A DNA stretch of 64,000 nucleotides from an uncultured delta proteobacterium (GCA_963767925.1 CAVYGB010000002.1:1792001-1856000); one strand, 5' to 3'. Shown: positions 1 through 12,315, counted from the stretch's first letter. Program-made: numbers and translations. The notes: generated by a model not told the origin, from the letters alone.

Positions 1-122
1 TGGGCCCACGCCGCACGCCCGGCCTTGCAACAGGGCGCACGCAGATACACCGCCAGGGCCGCCTCCGGCGAGGTCGGCAACCAGGGGGGTGGAGGTTTCG
101 CCGGATCGGCGCGGGGGCGGGT

Positions 123-485
123 TCAGGAGCGGAGGTAGGAGGCGCCGTTGAGGTCGACGATGGTGCCGCTGGCCCACTCCGCTTCGGGGGAGGCGAGCCA
201 GACGATGGCGGCGGCGACTTCGGTGGGGCGGGCGACGCGGTCGAAGGGGCTCTGGGCGCGGATCGCGGCGCCGCGAGGGGCCTTGAGGTCGGCGTTGCTC
301 ATGTCGGTCTCGACGAAGCCGGGCGCCACGGTGGCCACCGCGATGCCCCGCCCGCCCAGGGACACGGCCAGCGACTGCCCGAGGGCGTTCAGGCCGGCCT
401 TGCTGGCGCCGTAGGCGGGTTGCCCGGGCTCGCCCCGGAAGGCGCCGCGCGAGGAGACGTTGACGATGCGGCCGCCAGGTTTCAT
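123..485 (-). pseudogene. SDR family oxidoreductase, C-terminal half only
   Basis: [13 protein letters not shown] (YxxxK), [10 protein letters not shown] and G.IVDLNG motifs are present. The N-terminal TGxxxGxG Rossmann motif is absent and the next gene begins about 70 bp upstream. Confidence 0.75.
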
Positions 486-555
486 GCAGGGGGGCAATGC
501 CCAGCGCTCAAGTTCTCGCCCAGGAAGTCCGAACCCTTGGGCGCGAGGGCCGAGG

Positions 556-2046
<1,491 letters not shown>

Positions 2047-2093
2047 CGGGACCGGGCGAGGGCCAGGGCCAGCGAGGACGAGGAGGACAGCGG

Positions 2094-3118
2094 ATGCGAA
2101 CGTGGTCGGTCTGGGTCGCGCTGGGGGCGCTGCTGATCGCCGCTCCGGCGCGCGGCCAGGACACCCCCAGCTTCCCCGCAGAGAACGCCTGGATCGCCTT
2201 CCCTTGCGGGGGCGGCCCCATGGTGGACGCCCGCCGCGACCAGCCCGGCGCCATCCAGGAGCGGGACATCGTGGGCGACGTGCGCTTCCCCGCCGGGTTC
2301 CGGGCGGTCGACGAGGCGTTCCTGTACCTGCGGCTGCGCCTGGACGAGGCCCCCAACCAGGGCGCCGTGAACCTGCGCCCCTTCGCCTGGGGGTTTGCCT
2401 TCAGCACCGACGCGTTTCACACCGGCTACGAGGTGCTCGTCACGGTGGACGGCGACGCCCGGGTGGTCACCCTGCAGCGAAACACCGCCACCATGTTGAT
2501 CGACAGCCCGGCCGACCCCGCCGACGCGCCGCCGGCCGCCAGCTACCCCTTCGCCACCCACGGGCGCACCTCGGTGGCCGACTACACCGGCACGAACTTC
2601 GACGGCTTCGGCGGCGACCGCGACTTCTTCATCGACCTGGCCGTGCCCTGGACCGCTCTGACCGCGGTGGGGCTGGAGCGGGACCGCCCGGTGGTGGTGT
2701 GGGCCGCCTCGTCGACCGAGCCCGACCGCCTGGACGGCGACCTCGCCTGCCACGACGCCATGGGCTCGAGCGGCGTGCCTGCGCTCAGCCGTTCCGGATC
2801 GGACAGCACGAGCCCCTCGAGCACGATGCGACCGCCGACCGGCGGGGCCGGCGGCGGCGGGGCGGCGGCGGTGGCGCCGGCGGCAGCGGCGGCGCGGGGG
2901 GTGGCGGCGGTGGTGTCGGGGGTGCGGGGGGTAACGCCGGCGGGGCCGGCGGCCTGAGCCTCGAGGGAGGCCCCTCCTGCAGCCACGGCGGCTCGCGCCC
3001 GGGGTTGCCGCCCGCCGCGCTCGTCGTCCTCGTGTCGATCGGAGCGGCCTTCATCAGCATGGCGTCGCAGCGCCGGCGTCGCAGCGTCGGCCGCAGCTCC
3101 TGCCGCATGCGTCCCTAG
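2094..3118 (+). CDS. Secreted surface protein with Gly-rich linker and MYXO-CTERM-like sorting tail; one frameshift near 2860
   Basis: Signal peptide MRTWSVWVALGALLIAAPARG and a globular domain run to about 2800. The Gly linker and the EGGPSC-hydrophobic-RRRR tail continue in another frame, ending at 3118. Confidence 0.7.
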
Positions 3119-3403
3119 CAGCCGTCCTCGCATTGGCGTCGACTCCGAAGGCGTGCGCCGACCTCCGGCTGCTGCTCCAGCAACACGGCTGCGTGCGACC
3201 TGCTGCTCAGGCAGAAGCTGGGCGAGCACGCGCACGGTCACGAGTGGATCGAGGACGAACGCAAACAAGAGACTTCTCGCGTTCTCCTCACCGGCGGGTC
3301 CTGCGGGCTCGCCGCCGTCAGGTGGCACGGGTCGTGCCTGGTGGGACGGGATGTCACGCGACCGGGATCAGTGGGAGCGCCGCCCGCGCCTCCCCCCCAC
3401 CCA

Positions 3404-3775
3404 CTACCGGACTTCCGCTACGTCATCTCCGCCCACAGCCCGGAGATCCGCAAGGACATGGTCTGGCTCGACCACGACCGGACCGGGCTGACCAACCTGT
3501 TTCGCACCTTGCCCAACCACGTGAGCGACCGGGCCCCGCTCAGCCGGCACGTGACCGTCTACACCGTGGACCCCGGGCCCACCGGCGACGAGGCCGAGGT
3601 GGTGTCGGCCCTGCAGGTGTTCCGCACCAGCCTCGACGGCGGGGCCACCGAGCTGTTCGCGGTCGGCAAGATCTACGATCAGATCCGGCTGGTGGCCGGC
3701 GCCGGCCGCCTGGTCCGCCGCCGCATCCACCTCGACACCCGCCTGCTCGGCATCGGCAGCCACATCCCCTTCTAG
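3404..3775 (+). pseudogene. Ring-hydroxylating oxygenase beta-subunit fragment (methanesulfonate monooxygenase MsmB-like), N-terminally truncated
   Basis: FRYVISAHSPEIRKDMVWLDHDR...LSRHVTVY...VVSALQVFRT.LDGGATELFAVG...LDTRLLG.G.HIPF resembles MsmB as I recall it. There is no plausible start and no alpha subunit nearby. Confidence 0.6.
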
Positions 3776-3853
3776 GTTCAGCGTGGTGGCGGGGCGATCT
3801 CGTTGCCAACTCCCCGCTGCCGTCGACGAGGTTCGAGCAGGGCGCGTGCACGG

Positions 3854-4288
3854 TCATCGCGGAGGGTCCTGGCGGTCCGCAGGCTCCGGGCGATCCACCT
3901 GCAGCAGCGTCGCGTGGAGCTCGGGGGTCAGGATCTCGGCCGTCAGCTTCCCCAGGACGGTCAGCAGCTCCACCAGCAGGAAGCGGATCCCCGCCTCCAG
4001 CCCCGGGTCCTCGGCCAGGCGGGCGCGCGCCCCCGGATCGGGGCAGATGATGCCGCCTCGGGGAGCGAGCTCGAGCGACGCGAGCAGCGGGAAGCGCGCG
4101 CGGGCGTCCTGGAGGACCCGCCCGGCGATCGCGGCCAGGGTGGCCTCGTCGAGCGTAATCCTGGCGCTCGCCCACAGGGCCGCGAAGGCCGCCTCGAAGA
4201 GCGGCAGGCGCGTCTCGGCCGAGAGTTTCTCGCTGGTACGCTTCAACCAGGTATCCACGCAGGCAGCGTGATCCGGTCCGGGGGCCAT
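3854..4288 (-). CDS. Conserved hypothetical helical protein of the type usually found beside KaiC-like ATPase/His-kinase loci
   Basis: FAALW..ARITL.E.TL.AI..RVL..A..RFPLL and GIRFLLVELLTVLG.LTAEILTP.LH motifs; GAGGAAG upstream of the ATG. Confidence 0.6.
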   Translation of the reverse strand: MAPGPDHAACVDTWLKRTSEKLSAETRLPLFEAAFAALWASARITLDEATLAAIAGRVLQDARARFPLLASLELAPRGGIICPDPGARARLAEDPGLEAGIRFLLVELLTVLGKLTAEILTPELHATLLQVDRPEPADRQDPPR

Positions 4289-4523
4289 TGCTTCCTCTCT
4301 CGCGGCGACGCGGCGACTTCTAGCCTCGCCCGGGCCAGCGCGCGGCGCCAGGGCGTCGGCTCCTTCCGACAACGGCGAGCGCGCCGATCCTGGTCTCCCG
4401 ATCAGAGGCAGCGTTCGATTTACAGGTGGATGCCTGACCGTGGAATTTCGTAACCGAAAACGTCCCCGCGAAGCCCGCCGGGCCCGTGCTAAGGAAACAA
4501 GAACGACGGGCAAGGAGGCGCCG

Positions 4524-6176
4524 ATGAAACCGCGGGCGGGTAGCGAAGGGGTGGACCGGAGCCGCATGCAGCAGCTCCTCGAGATCAGCAAGCTGTTGCT
4601 CCGGTTCGAGGGCCTCGAGGAGACCTTCGACAGCGCGCTGGCCATCGCCGCCGAGGCGATCCCGCTCGGCAGCGCGATCGTCATCGCCCCCGCCGAGGGC
4701 CAACAGCAGATGATCGTGTGGCCCCGCCCCGACCGGACCTCCGCGGAGATGGCGGCGGCCAAGGCCCACCTGAAGGCGGCCCACGCCTACCTGATCGGAG
4801 GCGCCCCCGCCGAAGCCGCGCTGGTCAGCGAGCGGGCGGGCCGGACGTCGCTGCCGCGATCGACCGCCGCCGGGCTCGGCGTCGACGGCCCCCGGTACAT
4901 CGTGATGCCGCTGGTGGTCCAGGGGGGCGCGGTGTTCGGGTCGCTCCAGCTCGAAGGCCTCACCCGGCTGGACCGCTCCGATCTGGCGTTCATGAGCGCC
5001 ATCGCCAGTCAGCTCGCCATCGCCCTCGACCGGCAGGCCACCTTGCTCCAGCACCTCAGCTTTGCCCGCGCCCTGGCCGCCAGCCTGGGCGAAGGCGTCG
5101 TGGCCGTCGACCGGCAGGGGCAGATCGTGTTCGTCAACCCGACCGCGGCCGAGCTGCTGGGTTGCCCGGCCGAGGCGGCCCGGGGCCGGCGGCTCCGCGA
5201 GATCGTCGGGATGGAGAACAGCGAAGGTGGATCGCCGGAGTGCCCGCTCGAGCGGGTGCTCCGCACCGGCCAGGCCCTCCGCAGCGACGGCTACCTCTGG
5301 TTTCGGCGGGACGGTCGATCGTTTCCGGTCGGCGTGTCCGGCACGGTGCTGCGAAACGGGGAGGTCGCGACGGGAGCCGTCCTCGCCTTCCAGGACATCA
5401 GCGCGCGCAAGCAGGTCGAGACCGCCCTCCTGCAGGCCGCCCGGGGCCGCGAGCGGTTCCTGGAGATCGTCACCCACGATCTCAAGAGCCCGCTCATGGC
5501 CATCATGACCAGCACCGGCACCCTGCTCGCCGACGCCCCACCCCCCCAGGACGGCCTTCTGAAACAGCGCGCGCGTATCGAGGTGATCGATCGCTCGGCG
5601 CGGCGGATGGGCCGGCTCATCAACGACCTGGCCGACTTCGCCAGCCTCGAGGCCGGCCGCATCCCCTGGCAGAGCCAGACCCTGGACCCCGGCCCCCTGG
5701 CCCGGGAGGCGATGGCCGGCTTCGCCGCCCTCGCCGAGCAGCGGCAGCTCGCGCTCGAGGTGGAGATCACCGGCGAGCTCTGCTACCTGGAAGGCGACCG
5801 CGACCGCCTCCTGCAAGTGCTGGAGAACCTGATCGGAAACGCCACCAAGGTGACCCCCGCCGGCGGCTCGATCGTCCTGCACGTCGACAAGCGCGGCCGC
5901 GACGTCCTCTTCACCCTCTCCGACACCGGCCCCGGCATCCCGCGCGAAGACCTCCCCTCGATCTTCGACCGCTACCGCCGCGGCAGCAACCCCGGCTACC
6001 CCGGCACCGGCCTGGGCCTGGCCATCGCCGGCGCCATCGTCCGCGCCCACCGGGGAAAGATCTGGGTGGAGAGCACCCCCGGCGCCGGCACCACCTTCTT
6101 CTTCACCATCCCCGCCGCCACCACCCGCACCGACCTCCTCGCCACCTCCCGCCCCCAGGCCCGCTTTCCCTCCTGA
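4524..6176 (+). CDS. GAF/PAS sensor histidine kinase
   Basis: PAS domain (GVVAVDRQGQIVFVN...RRDGRSFPV), H-box THDLKSPL, N-box NLIGNATK, and G boxes DTGPGI and GTGLGLAI. AAGGAGG precedes ATG 4524. Confidence 0.9.
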   Translation: MKPRAGSEGVDRSRMQQLLEISKLLLRFEGLEETFDSALAIAAEAIPLGSAIVIAPAEGQQQMIVWPRPDRTSAEMAAAKAHLKAAHAYLIGGAPAEAALVSERAGRTSLPRSTAAGLGVDGPRYIVMPLVVQGGAVFGSLQLEGLTRLDRSDLAFMSAIASQLAIALDRQATLLQHLSFARALAASLGEGVVAVDRQGQIVFVNPTAAELLGCPAEAARGRRLREIVGMENSEGGSPECPLERVLRTGQALRSDGYLWFRRDGRSFPVGVSGTVLRNGEVATGAVLAFQDISARKQVETALLQAARGRERFLEIVTHDLKSPLMAIMTSTGTLLADAPPPQDGLLKQRARIEVIDRSARRMGRLINDLADFASLEAGRIPWQSQTLDPGPLAREAMAGFAALAEQRQLALEVEITGELCYLEGDRDRLLQVLENLIGNATKVTPAGGSIVLHVDKRGRDVLFTLSDTGPGIPREDLPSIFDRYRRGSNPGYPGTGLGLAIAGAIVRAHRGKIWVESTPGAGTTFFFTIPAATTRTDLLATSRPQARFPS

Positions 6177-6269
6177 CCGCCCCGCCCTCCGGCGCCGCCG
6201 TGAGGTGTCCCCTCTCGCAGGGACTCATCCAGGCGCCGTCAGCGGGTGAAGCCCAGCAGCCAGCGGTAG

Positions 6270-6395
6270 ATACCGCCCCAGGTAGCGCCAGACCCCGATG
6301 GCCCCGCAGCTCAACCCGGTGAGGTAGACCCGCCGCTCGTCCACCGCGTAGCGCCGGAGGGCGAAGCTGATGAAAGCGTGCACCTCCGTGGCCTC
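6270..6395 (-). pseudogene. Alpha/beta-hydrolase (predicted peptidase/esterase) internal fragment
   Basis: YAVDERRVYLTGLSCGAIGVW nucleophile-elbow motif; only about 40 codons are present. Confidence 0.5.
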
Positions 6396-6409
6396 CGGAC
6401 AGCGGCCCG

Positions 6410-6706
6410 GCTCGAGGCTGTCCGGACCACCTGGCCCGGCATCCGGGTCGCGCAGGCCACCTTTCTCGAGCACGTCGCCGTCGGGGTGGTCCGGCGCGAT
6501 CCGCCCGACCGCTGGACGTACCTCGCCGGCCTGAACCTCGGCGACCTCTACCTGGCCTGCGGCTGCCTCGCCAGCGACCCGGAGGCCCTGCGCGCCCTCG
6601 ACGCCTTGCTGTCTTCGGTGCCGGCCATCGTGCGGGTCGTCTCCACCGACGGCGCCTTCGCCGACGACGTGCGCGGCCTCGTCGCGGCGGAGCTGCTGGT
6701 GGCCGC
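6410..6706 (+). pseudogene. N-terminal fragment of a myxobacterial-type sigma-70/ECF-like regulator
   Basis: WPGI.V....F..HV and L.LGDLYLACGCLA.DP.AL..LD...FADDVR motifs; homology stops abruptly at about 6706. Confidence 0.55.
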
Positions 6707-7472
6707 TCAAGCTGAGAATCGATGTGCCGCGGGCGCGGACCCAGAGCGACCTTCATCGTCGAAAATGGAACCGGCGGGCGCTTCAACCTGGGGAGCACCA
6801 CCGGTCTTGTCTCCCGCGACGGCAGCTCCGGCTGGCTCGACCTCCAGCTCCAGCTTTTCGGGGGCCGGATGAGCAAGCGGAGCTGGGTCGACCGGGCACC
6901 AGCAGCGCCGACGCGCGCGCCGCGCTGGGGCCGCTGATCGAGGCTGGCGATCGCGACGAGGTCCCGGTGGCGGTGGCCCGCAGCGCGGTCGATCTCGCGC
7001 TGAAGGCGGATCCCCACTACCTGGCCGCCCACACCGAGCGCGCCCTGCTGCTGGCCCGCGAGGCCCGCGAGACCGCCCGGCTGGGCAAGGACGTGGTGAC
7101 CTCCGCCGCCCTCCTGGAACAGGAGGCGAAGCTGGCCGCCTGGGCGCCCGGCGACGCCCGGGTGAGCGCGGCCCGCTGCCGCCTGCTCGAGGCCGCGGTC
7201 GTCGTCTCCCCCGAGCCCGGTGATGCCCCCTCGGCGGCGACGACCCGCTCCCGTCCACCACCCCCTCCCCGTGACCGCCGGCCTGACGGCCAGCCCCTGC
7301 GCCCTCATCGTCCGTCACAGCACCCGCCCGCAAGCGCCGCGCCCCGCCCGGTCGCGGCGGCGACCGCTGACGCGAGGGGGAGCCGGTGATCCTTGGCGAG
7401 GGCGTGACCCCGCGGTTCCCGGGGCCCACACGTCTCTTGCGGCGGTCGGCGGGCCGGGGCAGGCTGTGCCCC

Positions 7473-8525
7473 ATGAAGTCCACCGCTGGCCAGGGACGCT
7501 CCGGGCTCCGACTTCTCCTCGCCGTGCTGGCCGGCGCTGCCGCTGCCGGCTGTGAAGGGGACCCGGGAGACCAGGGAGGCGGCTCGAACGCCGAAGGCGG
7601 CGGCGCGACCCTGGCGCTCGCGCCGGGCACCTGGCAGGCGCTGCCCCCCATCCCCGACACGCCGCGTTTTTACATGGGCGTCGCGGCCGCCCGCGGGCGG
7701 GTCTTCGTCGTGGGCGGCTACCGCCGGCCCGAGGAGATGGTCGTCGTGCACGCCTTCGACGTCGCCAGCTCGACCTGGGAGACCCTGCCGCCGCTGCCCT
7801 TCCGCATCCCGATGGCCAACGCCGTCGCGGTGAAGGATCGCCTGTTCGTGCTCGGTGGGCTCGACGTCGATCAGACCCTGGAATACGACTTCGATACCCG
7901 CTCCTGGTCGAACCGCGCGCCGGTGCCGGTCCGCGGTCCCGGGTCGGCCTCGATCGGCGTGCACGGCGACACCGTCCTGCTGGCCGGCGGGATCTTGCCC
8001 GGGCTCTCCATCAACAATCTGGGAACGGGAGAGCGGCTGCGCGACCTGCTGGCCTACGACACCGTCACGAACACCTGGGAGGTGTTGCCGGAGGCGCCGG
8101 TGGCCGTCGGCTACGCCATGGGCGCGGTCGTGCGGGACGAGCTCTTCGTGATCGGCGGCAGCTACGCCGCCCGGACCGACGAGGTCCTGGTCTTCAACGT
8201 GAAGTCGCGGCAGTGGTCGCAGGGCGTTCACCTGCCGCTCGCGATCAGCAGCGCCGCGGTCGGTGTCATCGGCAACCAGATCGTCGTCAGCGGCGGCATC
8301 GCCAGCACGACCGGCATGATCAGCGACCAGACCTTCGCCTTCGATCCGGCCAGACCGGCCGCCGGCTGGGTCACCCTCGCCCCGCTGACCACCCCCCGCT
8401 TCGCGACGGGGGGCGCCGTGGTGGACAACCGCCTGTACGTCCCGACCGGCATGGGCACCGGCCCGGGTGGTCCTCTCGACTTCCGAGCCCTCCCCAATTT
8501 CGAGGTTTTCATCCCCGGCCCCTGA
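7473..8525 (+). CDS. Kelch-repeat (beta-propeller) lipoprotein
   Basis: Lipobox AAGC and six repeats with VxGG and W motifs. Confidence 0.85.
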   Translation: MKSTAGQGRSGLRLLLAVLAGAAAAGCEGDPGDQGGGSNAEGGGATLALAPGTWQALPPIPDTPRFYMGVAAARGRVFVVGGYRRPEEMVVVHAFDVASSTWETLPPLPFRIPMANAVAVKDRLFVLGGLDVDQTLEYDFDTRSWSNRAPVPVRGPGSASIGVHGDTVLLAGGILPGLSINNLGTGERLRDLLAYDTVTNTWEVLPEAPVAVGYAMGAVVRDELFVIGGSYAARTDEVLVFNVKSRQWSQGVHLPLAISSAAVGVIGNQIVVSGGIASTTGMISDQTFAFDPARPAAGWVTLAPLTTPRFATGGAVVDNRLYVPTGMGTGPGGPLDFRALPNFEVFIPGP

Positions 8526-8592
8526 GCCCGCCAGTTGCTCGGCCCCCGAGCGCGCGCCGCCGCCCGCGTCCCGACCCCGTCCGGTCGGCGGC

Positions 8593-11379
8593 TCAGAAGC
8601 GGTAGTTCATCCCCAGTCGGATCCGGAAGGGATCCAGCCAGTCGGTCTCCACGCCGAAGTTCTGGCCGTCGTTCTGCCCGTAGGAGGTCGGCGTGCGCAG
8701 GTTCAGGATGTTGAGGGCGTCGACGTAGAAGTCGAGCTGGTGGCCGATGAGGGGCAACATGGCCAGGCGGACCTGGAGGTTGAGCTCCTGGCGGTTCGGC
8801 AGCCGCAGCTCGCGGTCGTCGTTCGGGTCATTGATGTTCTGGCCCGGGTTGATCCCGCGAAACGCCCGATAGTTCTCGAACGATCCCGTGACGGAGTTGC
8901 GGTACAGGCGGTTGTAAGGGAAGCCGGAGGCGAACTGGTAGCGCATCCCCATCGACAGCCACCGGGTCGCCGCCCAGGTGGCGGACGCCTTCAGGTCGTG
9001 CCGCCGGTCGTCCGGCAAGGGTCCGTCCAGGAAGACGTCCCGCCCCGGGATGTCGCCCCAGGGGTTGTTCGACCCGTTGAACACGGTGCCCCGGAGCTGG
9101 CTGAGGGTGTATGAAACGTAAGTTCGTACGGTCCCCTGCCGCTTCTTGAGGGCGAAGGTGACGCCCCGGTAATAGCGCCGGGCCCCGTCGGGGGTCCCCA
9201 TGTCCAGCACGGTCTCGTTCCGTCCATTGCGGTAGCCGACGATCGCCGTCCCGGAGCTGTTCCAGATACGGTTGGTCTCGCGCTGCTCGTACTGATTCTC
9301 GAATTCGCGGTAGACGAGGTCGAGCCCCAGGGCGAGGCCCGGCACGACCTCTCGCTCGGCGCCCAGGGTGTACTCGTAGGTGCGGGGGACCTGCAGCTTC
9401 TCCCGGCAGTCCGCGCCCGTCGCGTCCAGCCCGCCCGGGCCGCACGGCATCCCGAAGGTGTTGCGGCTCGCCCCGCCGCTGTAGACGCAGTCCCGGTCGA
9501 AGGCCTGCGTGTTCGCGTTCCAGAGGCAGCGCCGGCTGGTCTGGTCCCCGATGGTGTGGAGCACCGGCGTCCGGATGGCCACGTCGACGTACTGGCTGTA
9601 GCTGCCGCGCACGACGGTGCGGCCGTCGTGGGTCGCGTCCCAGGCCGCCGCCACGCTGGGGGCCCAGGTCGTGTCGTCCACCACGGTGTCTCCGTTGCTG
9701 TTCTGGCCCCGCGTCCAGACGTAGCTGATGGCGGGGGTGATGGTCAGATGTCGCGTCGGCCGCCAGGCGTCGCTGAAGCTGGCGTTGTTCCGGTAGATCA
9801 CGTCGGTGGCGATCCACCATCCCAGCCGCGCCGGCTCCAGCCGCGGGTCGTTCGAATAGTAGGTCGTGCGGGCCTCCGGGTTGTCGGCGCCGTTGTACTC
9901 GTCGAAGTAGTCCCCCGGCTGGGCGTGCCGGCGAACCTCCTTCTCGGTGTAGAACTGATCCTTGAGGGCCAGCGTGTGCTCGCCGAAGAGCTTGCTGTCC
10001 ACGAACCACTCCAGCTTGTTGAAGGCCTGCCAGACGTCGAGATCATAGCGGCGGTGGGGCACCCCGTTGCCGTTGGTGCATTCGCCGGTGCCCGTGCACC
10101 CGCGCGCCGTCCCCCCCGACTCCACCCGCCGCGGGAACCGGTTGATGGTCCCGGGCGCCAGATCGCAGGTCCCTAGCGACCCGTCTTCGCAGGCCCAGGG
10201 ATACCAGTACTGGGGCCGGCGGCTGTAGGCGACCTGGCTGCGGAATACCAGGCTGTCGGTCAGGAGCGTCTCCCAGATCACCCCCCACAGCCCGCTCAGG
10301 CCAGCCTTGCGGTTCTGCTGGGCCTCCTGCTCGACCCCGAGATCGCTCTTCAGGTTCGAGTTGAACGCGCTGTCGAAGTTGCTCAGGAGGGTCAGCTTGT
10401 TGCGGGCGTTCATCTGCCAGGTGACCTTGAGGGTCCCCTTGTTGATGAGCTTGAGGTGGGGGGGCGCCGGCGGCACGATCCCCTCGCTGTCGCGGGGCCG
10501 GCCGCGCCCCAGGAGGTGGGACTCGAAGGCGAAGGCGAACCAGACCCGGTCGCGCACGATGGGCCCGGCCACCGCGGGATTCACCAGGTAATAGTAGTTC
10601 CCGGGCGTGTCCCGGTTGTCCCCGAAGCGGAGGCTGTCGTTCTCGGCCGTCGCGTTGAAGTCGAACTCCCACTTGTTCGAGCCGGTCTTGGTGACCAGGT
10701 TGACCACGCCGCCCGAGGCGGTGGCGTTGTCGGCGCCATAGCCCGCGCTCTGGATTTCGTAGGCCGCGGAGGCCTTGGTGACGGGATACTGGTCGCGCAT
10801 GTCGAACCCGTCTTGCGTGAAGATGGTCTGGTTGCCGGCCCCGCCCCGCACCCGGTTGCCCACCGCGCCGCCGATCTGACCCACCATCTGGTTGAAGACC
10901 TGGTCGCGGCTGTTGAAGGGCATCGCCTCGACGAAGTCCAGGTCGTAGACCTCCTTGACGTTCGTCGTGGTGGTGCTGACGGTCGGCGCCCGCTCCACCA
11001 CCCGGACCTCCTCCACGCCGGACTGCACCTCCATCACGATGTTCACCTCGGCCGAGGCGCTGATTCCCACCGGGATCTCTTTCTGGATCACGGTCTGCAG
11101 CCTGGGCGCCGAGGCGGTGACCTGGAAGCTGCCGGGGAAGAGCTGGCGCAGCCGGAACATCCCCTCCTCGTTCGTATAAGTCCGCCGCTCGCCGCCGATC
11201 TGGGTGGGCGACGCGGCCGTGATCTTCACGCCGGCCAGAGGGGAACCGGTCTGGTCGAAGACGTATCCGACAATCGATCCGTCGTTGCCGCCCTGGGCGT
11301 CCGCCCGGTCCGGCAGCGAGGTCAGCGAGAGGGCCGCGATAACGAGGCCTATCGGCTTGCGCAGATGGGGTGTCTCCAC
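8593..11379 (-). CDS. Oar-like TonB-dependent receptor with carboxypeptidase-regulatory-like N-domain
   Basis: GSIVGYVFDQTGSPLAGV N-domain, GGVVNLVTKTGSN plug motif, C-terminal RLGMNYRF. Confidence 0.85.
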   Translation of the reverse strand: METPHLRKPIGLVIAALSLTSLPDRADAQGGNDGSIVGYVFDQTGSPLAGVKITAASPTQIGGERRTYTNEEGMFRLRQLFPGSFQVTASAPRLQTVIQKEIPVGISASAEVNIVMEVQSGVEEVRVVERAPTVSTTTTNVKEVYDLDFVEAMPFNSRDQVFNQMVGQIGGAVGNRVRGGAGNQTIFTQDGFDMRDQYPVTKASAAYEIQSAGYGADNATASGGVVNLVTKTGSNKWEFDFNATAENDSLRFGDNRDTPGNYYYLVNPAVAGPIVRDRVWFAFAFESHLLGRGRPRDSEGIVPPAPPHLKLINKGTLKVTWQMNARNKLTLLSNFDSAFNSNLKSDLGVEQEAQQNRKAGLSGLWGVIWETLLTDSLVFRSQVAYSRRPQYWYPWACEDGSLGTCDLAPGTINRFPRRVESGGTARGCTGTGECTNGNGVPHRRYDLDVWQAFNKLEWFVDSKLFGEHTLALKDQFYTEKEVRRHAQPGDYFDEYNGADNPEARTTYYSNDPRLEPARLGWWIATDVIYRNNASFSDAWRPTRHLTITPAISYVWTRGQNSNGDTVVDDTTWAPSVAAAWDATHDGRTVVRGSYSQYVDVAIRTPVLHTIGDQTSRRCLWNANTQAFDRDCVYSGGASRNTFGMPCGPGGLDATGADCREKLQVPRTYEYTLGAEREVVPGLALGLDLVYREFENQYEQRETNRIWNSSGTAIVGYRNGRNETVLDMGTPDGARRYYRGVTFALKKRQGTVRTYVSYTLSQLRGTVFNGSNNPWGDIPGRDVFLDGPLPDDRRHDLKASATWAATRWLSMGMRYQFASGFPYNRLYRNSVTGSFENYRAFRGINPGQNINDPNDDRELRLPNRQELNLQVRLAMLPLIGHQLDFYVDALNILNLRTPTSYGQNDGQNFGVETDWLDPFRIRLGMNYRF

Positions 11380-11790
11380 TCTGTCCTCCTGGTCCAGGGC
11401 CTTCCAAGTCGCATGCTTCGAACCGGCCGATCACCCCCTTTGGGGGCCCACGCGCGCCCGACGTTCCAACCCCGTCCAGGACACCCTCCGCCGGCCGTGG
11501 GTCCGGCTCGCAAGCGCGCTTACAAGTCGGATGCCAATCATCTCCGGCCGCTCCCCGGGCCACTTTCCGGTGTCGAGCGGGTGGCAGGGCCGTAGCATTC
11601 GGCCTCAGCGGGGCGAATCGACACGCACGGCCGGTCCAACCGAGGTCGACGAGAGGGAGCCCGGCCCCGCATCGGGCGCGCGATGTGCCCCTGTCGTATC
11701 CTGCGCAAGAATTCAAAGCCGCCCGGGTCGCCGGCGCCCGGGTCGCCGCGCCGTGACCTCCTGGCCCGGTTAGGGAATAATTGCGGCACG

Positions 11791-12315
11791 ATGTTGATCT
11801 TCGTGACCGGGGGTTATCGCTCGGGCCGATCCAATTACGCGCTCCGGCGCGCCGCCGAGCTGGGGCCACCCCCCTGGCTGTACGTCACCGCCGGCGAGGA
11901 GCCCGACGAGGCGGTCCGCAAGCGCATCGAGCGCCACCGCCGCGACAAGGAGGCCATCTGGCAGACGGCGGTGATGGGGCCCGATCTGAAGTCCATCATC
12001 GCGTCCGACAGGGTCGGCGCCATGGGCGCGGTCGTGCTCGACGGCTTCATCGGCTGGCTCGCCGCCCGCCTGGCCGCCACCGACCCGGCCGGTGAGGCCG
12101 CCCTGCTCGCCGAGCTGGAGGCCACCTCCGAGCTGCTCTACCGCTCGCGCGTCCCCGTCCTGCTGGTCAGCCAGGAGATCGGCATGGGCGTCCCCCCCAC
12201 CGACGCCGCCACCAAGCGCTTCGTGCGGATCGCCACCGGTGCCAACCAGATCCTCGCGGCCATGGCCAACCACGTGGTCATGATGGTCAGCGGCGTCCCC
12301 CTGAAGGTTCGCTAG
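11791..12315 (+). CDS. cobU: Adenosylcobinamide kinase/guanylyltransferase family protein (divergent CobU/CobP)
   Basis: FVTGGYRSGRS..A, RIERHR, VSQEIGMG and NQILA..A..V..MVSGVP motifs. Confidence 0.75.
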   Translation: MLIFVTGGYRSGRSNYALRRAAELGPPPWLYVTAGEEPDEAVRKRIERHRRDKEAIWQTAVMGPDLKSIIASDRVGAMGAVVLDGFIGWLAARLAATDPAGEAALLAELEATSELLYRSRVPVLLVSQEIGMGVPPTDAATKRFVRIATGANQILAAMANHVVMMVSGVPLKVR

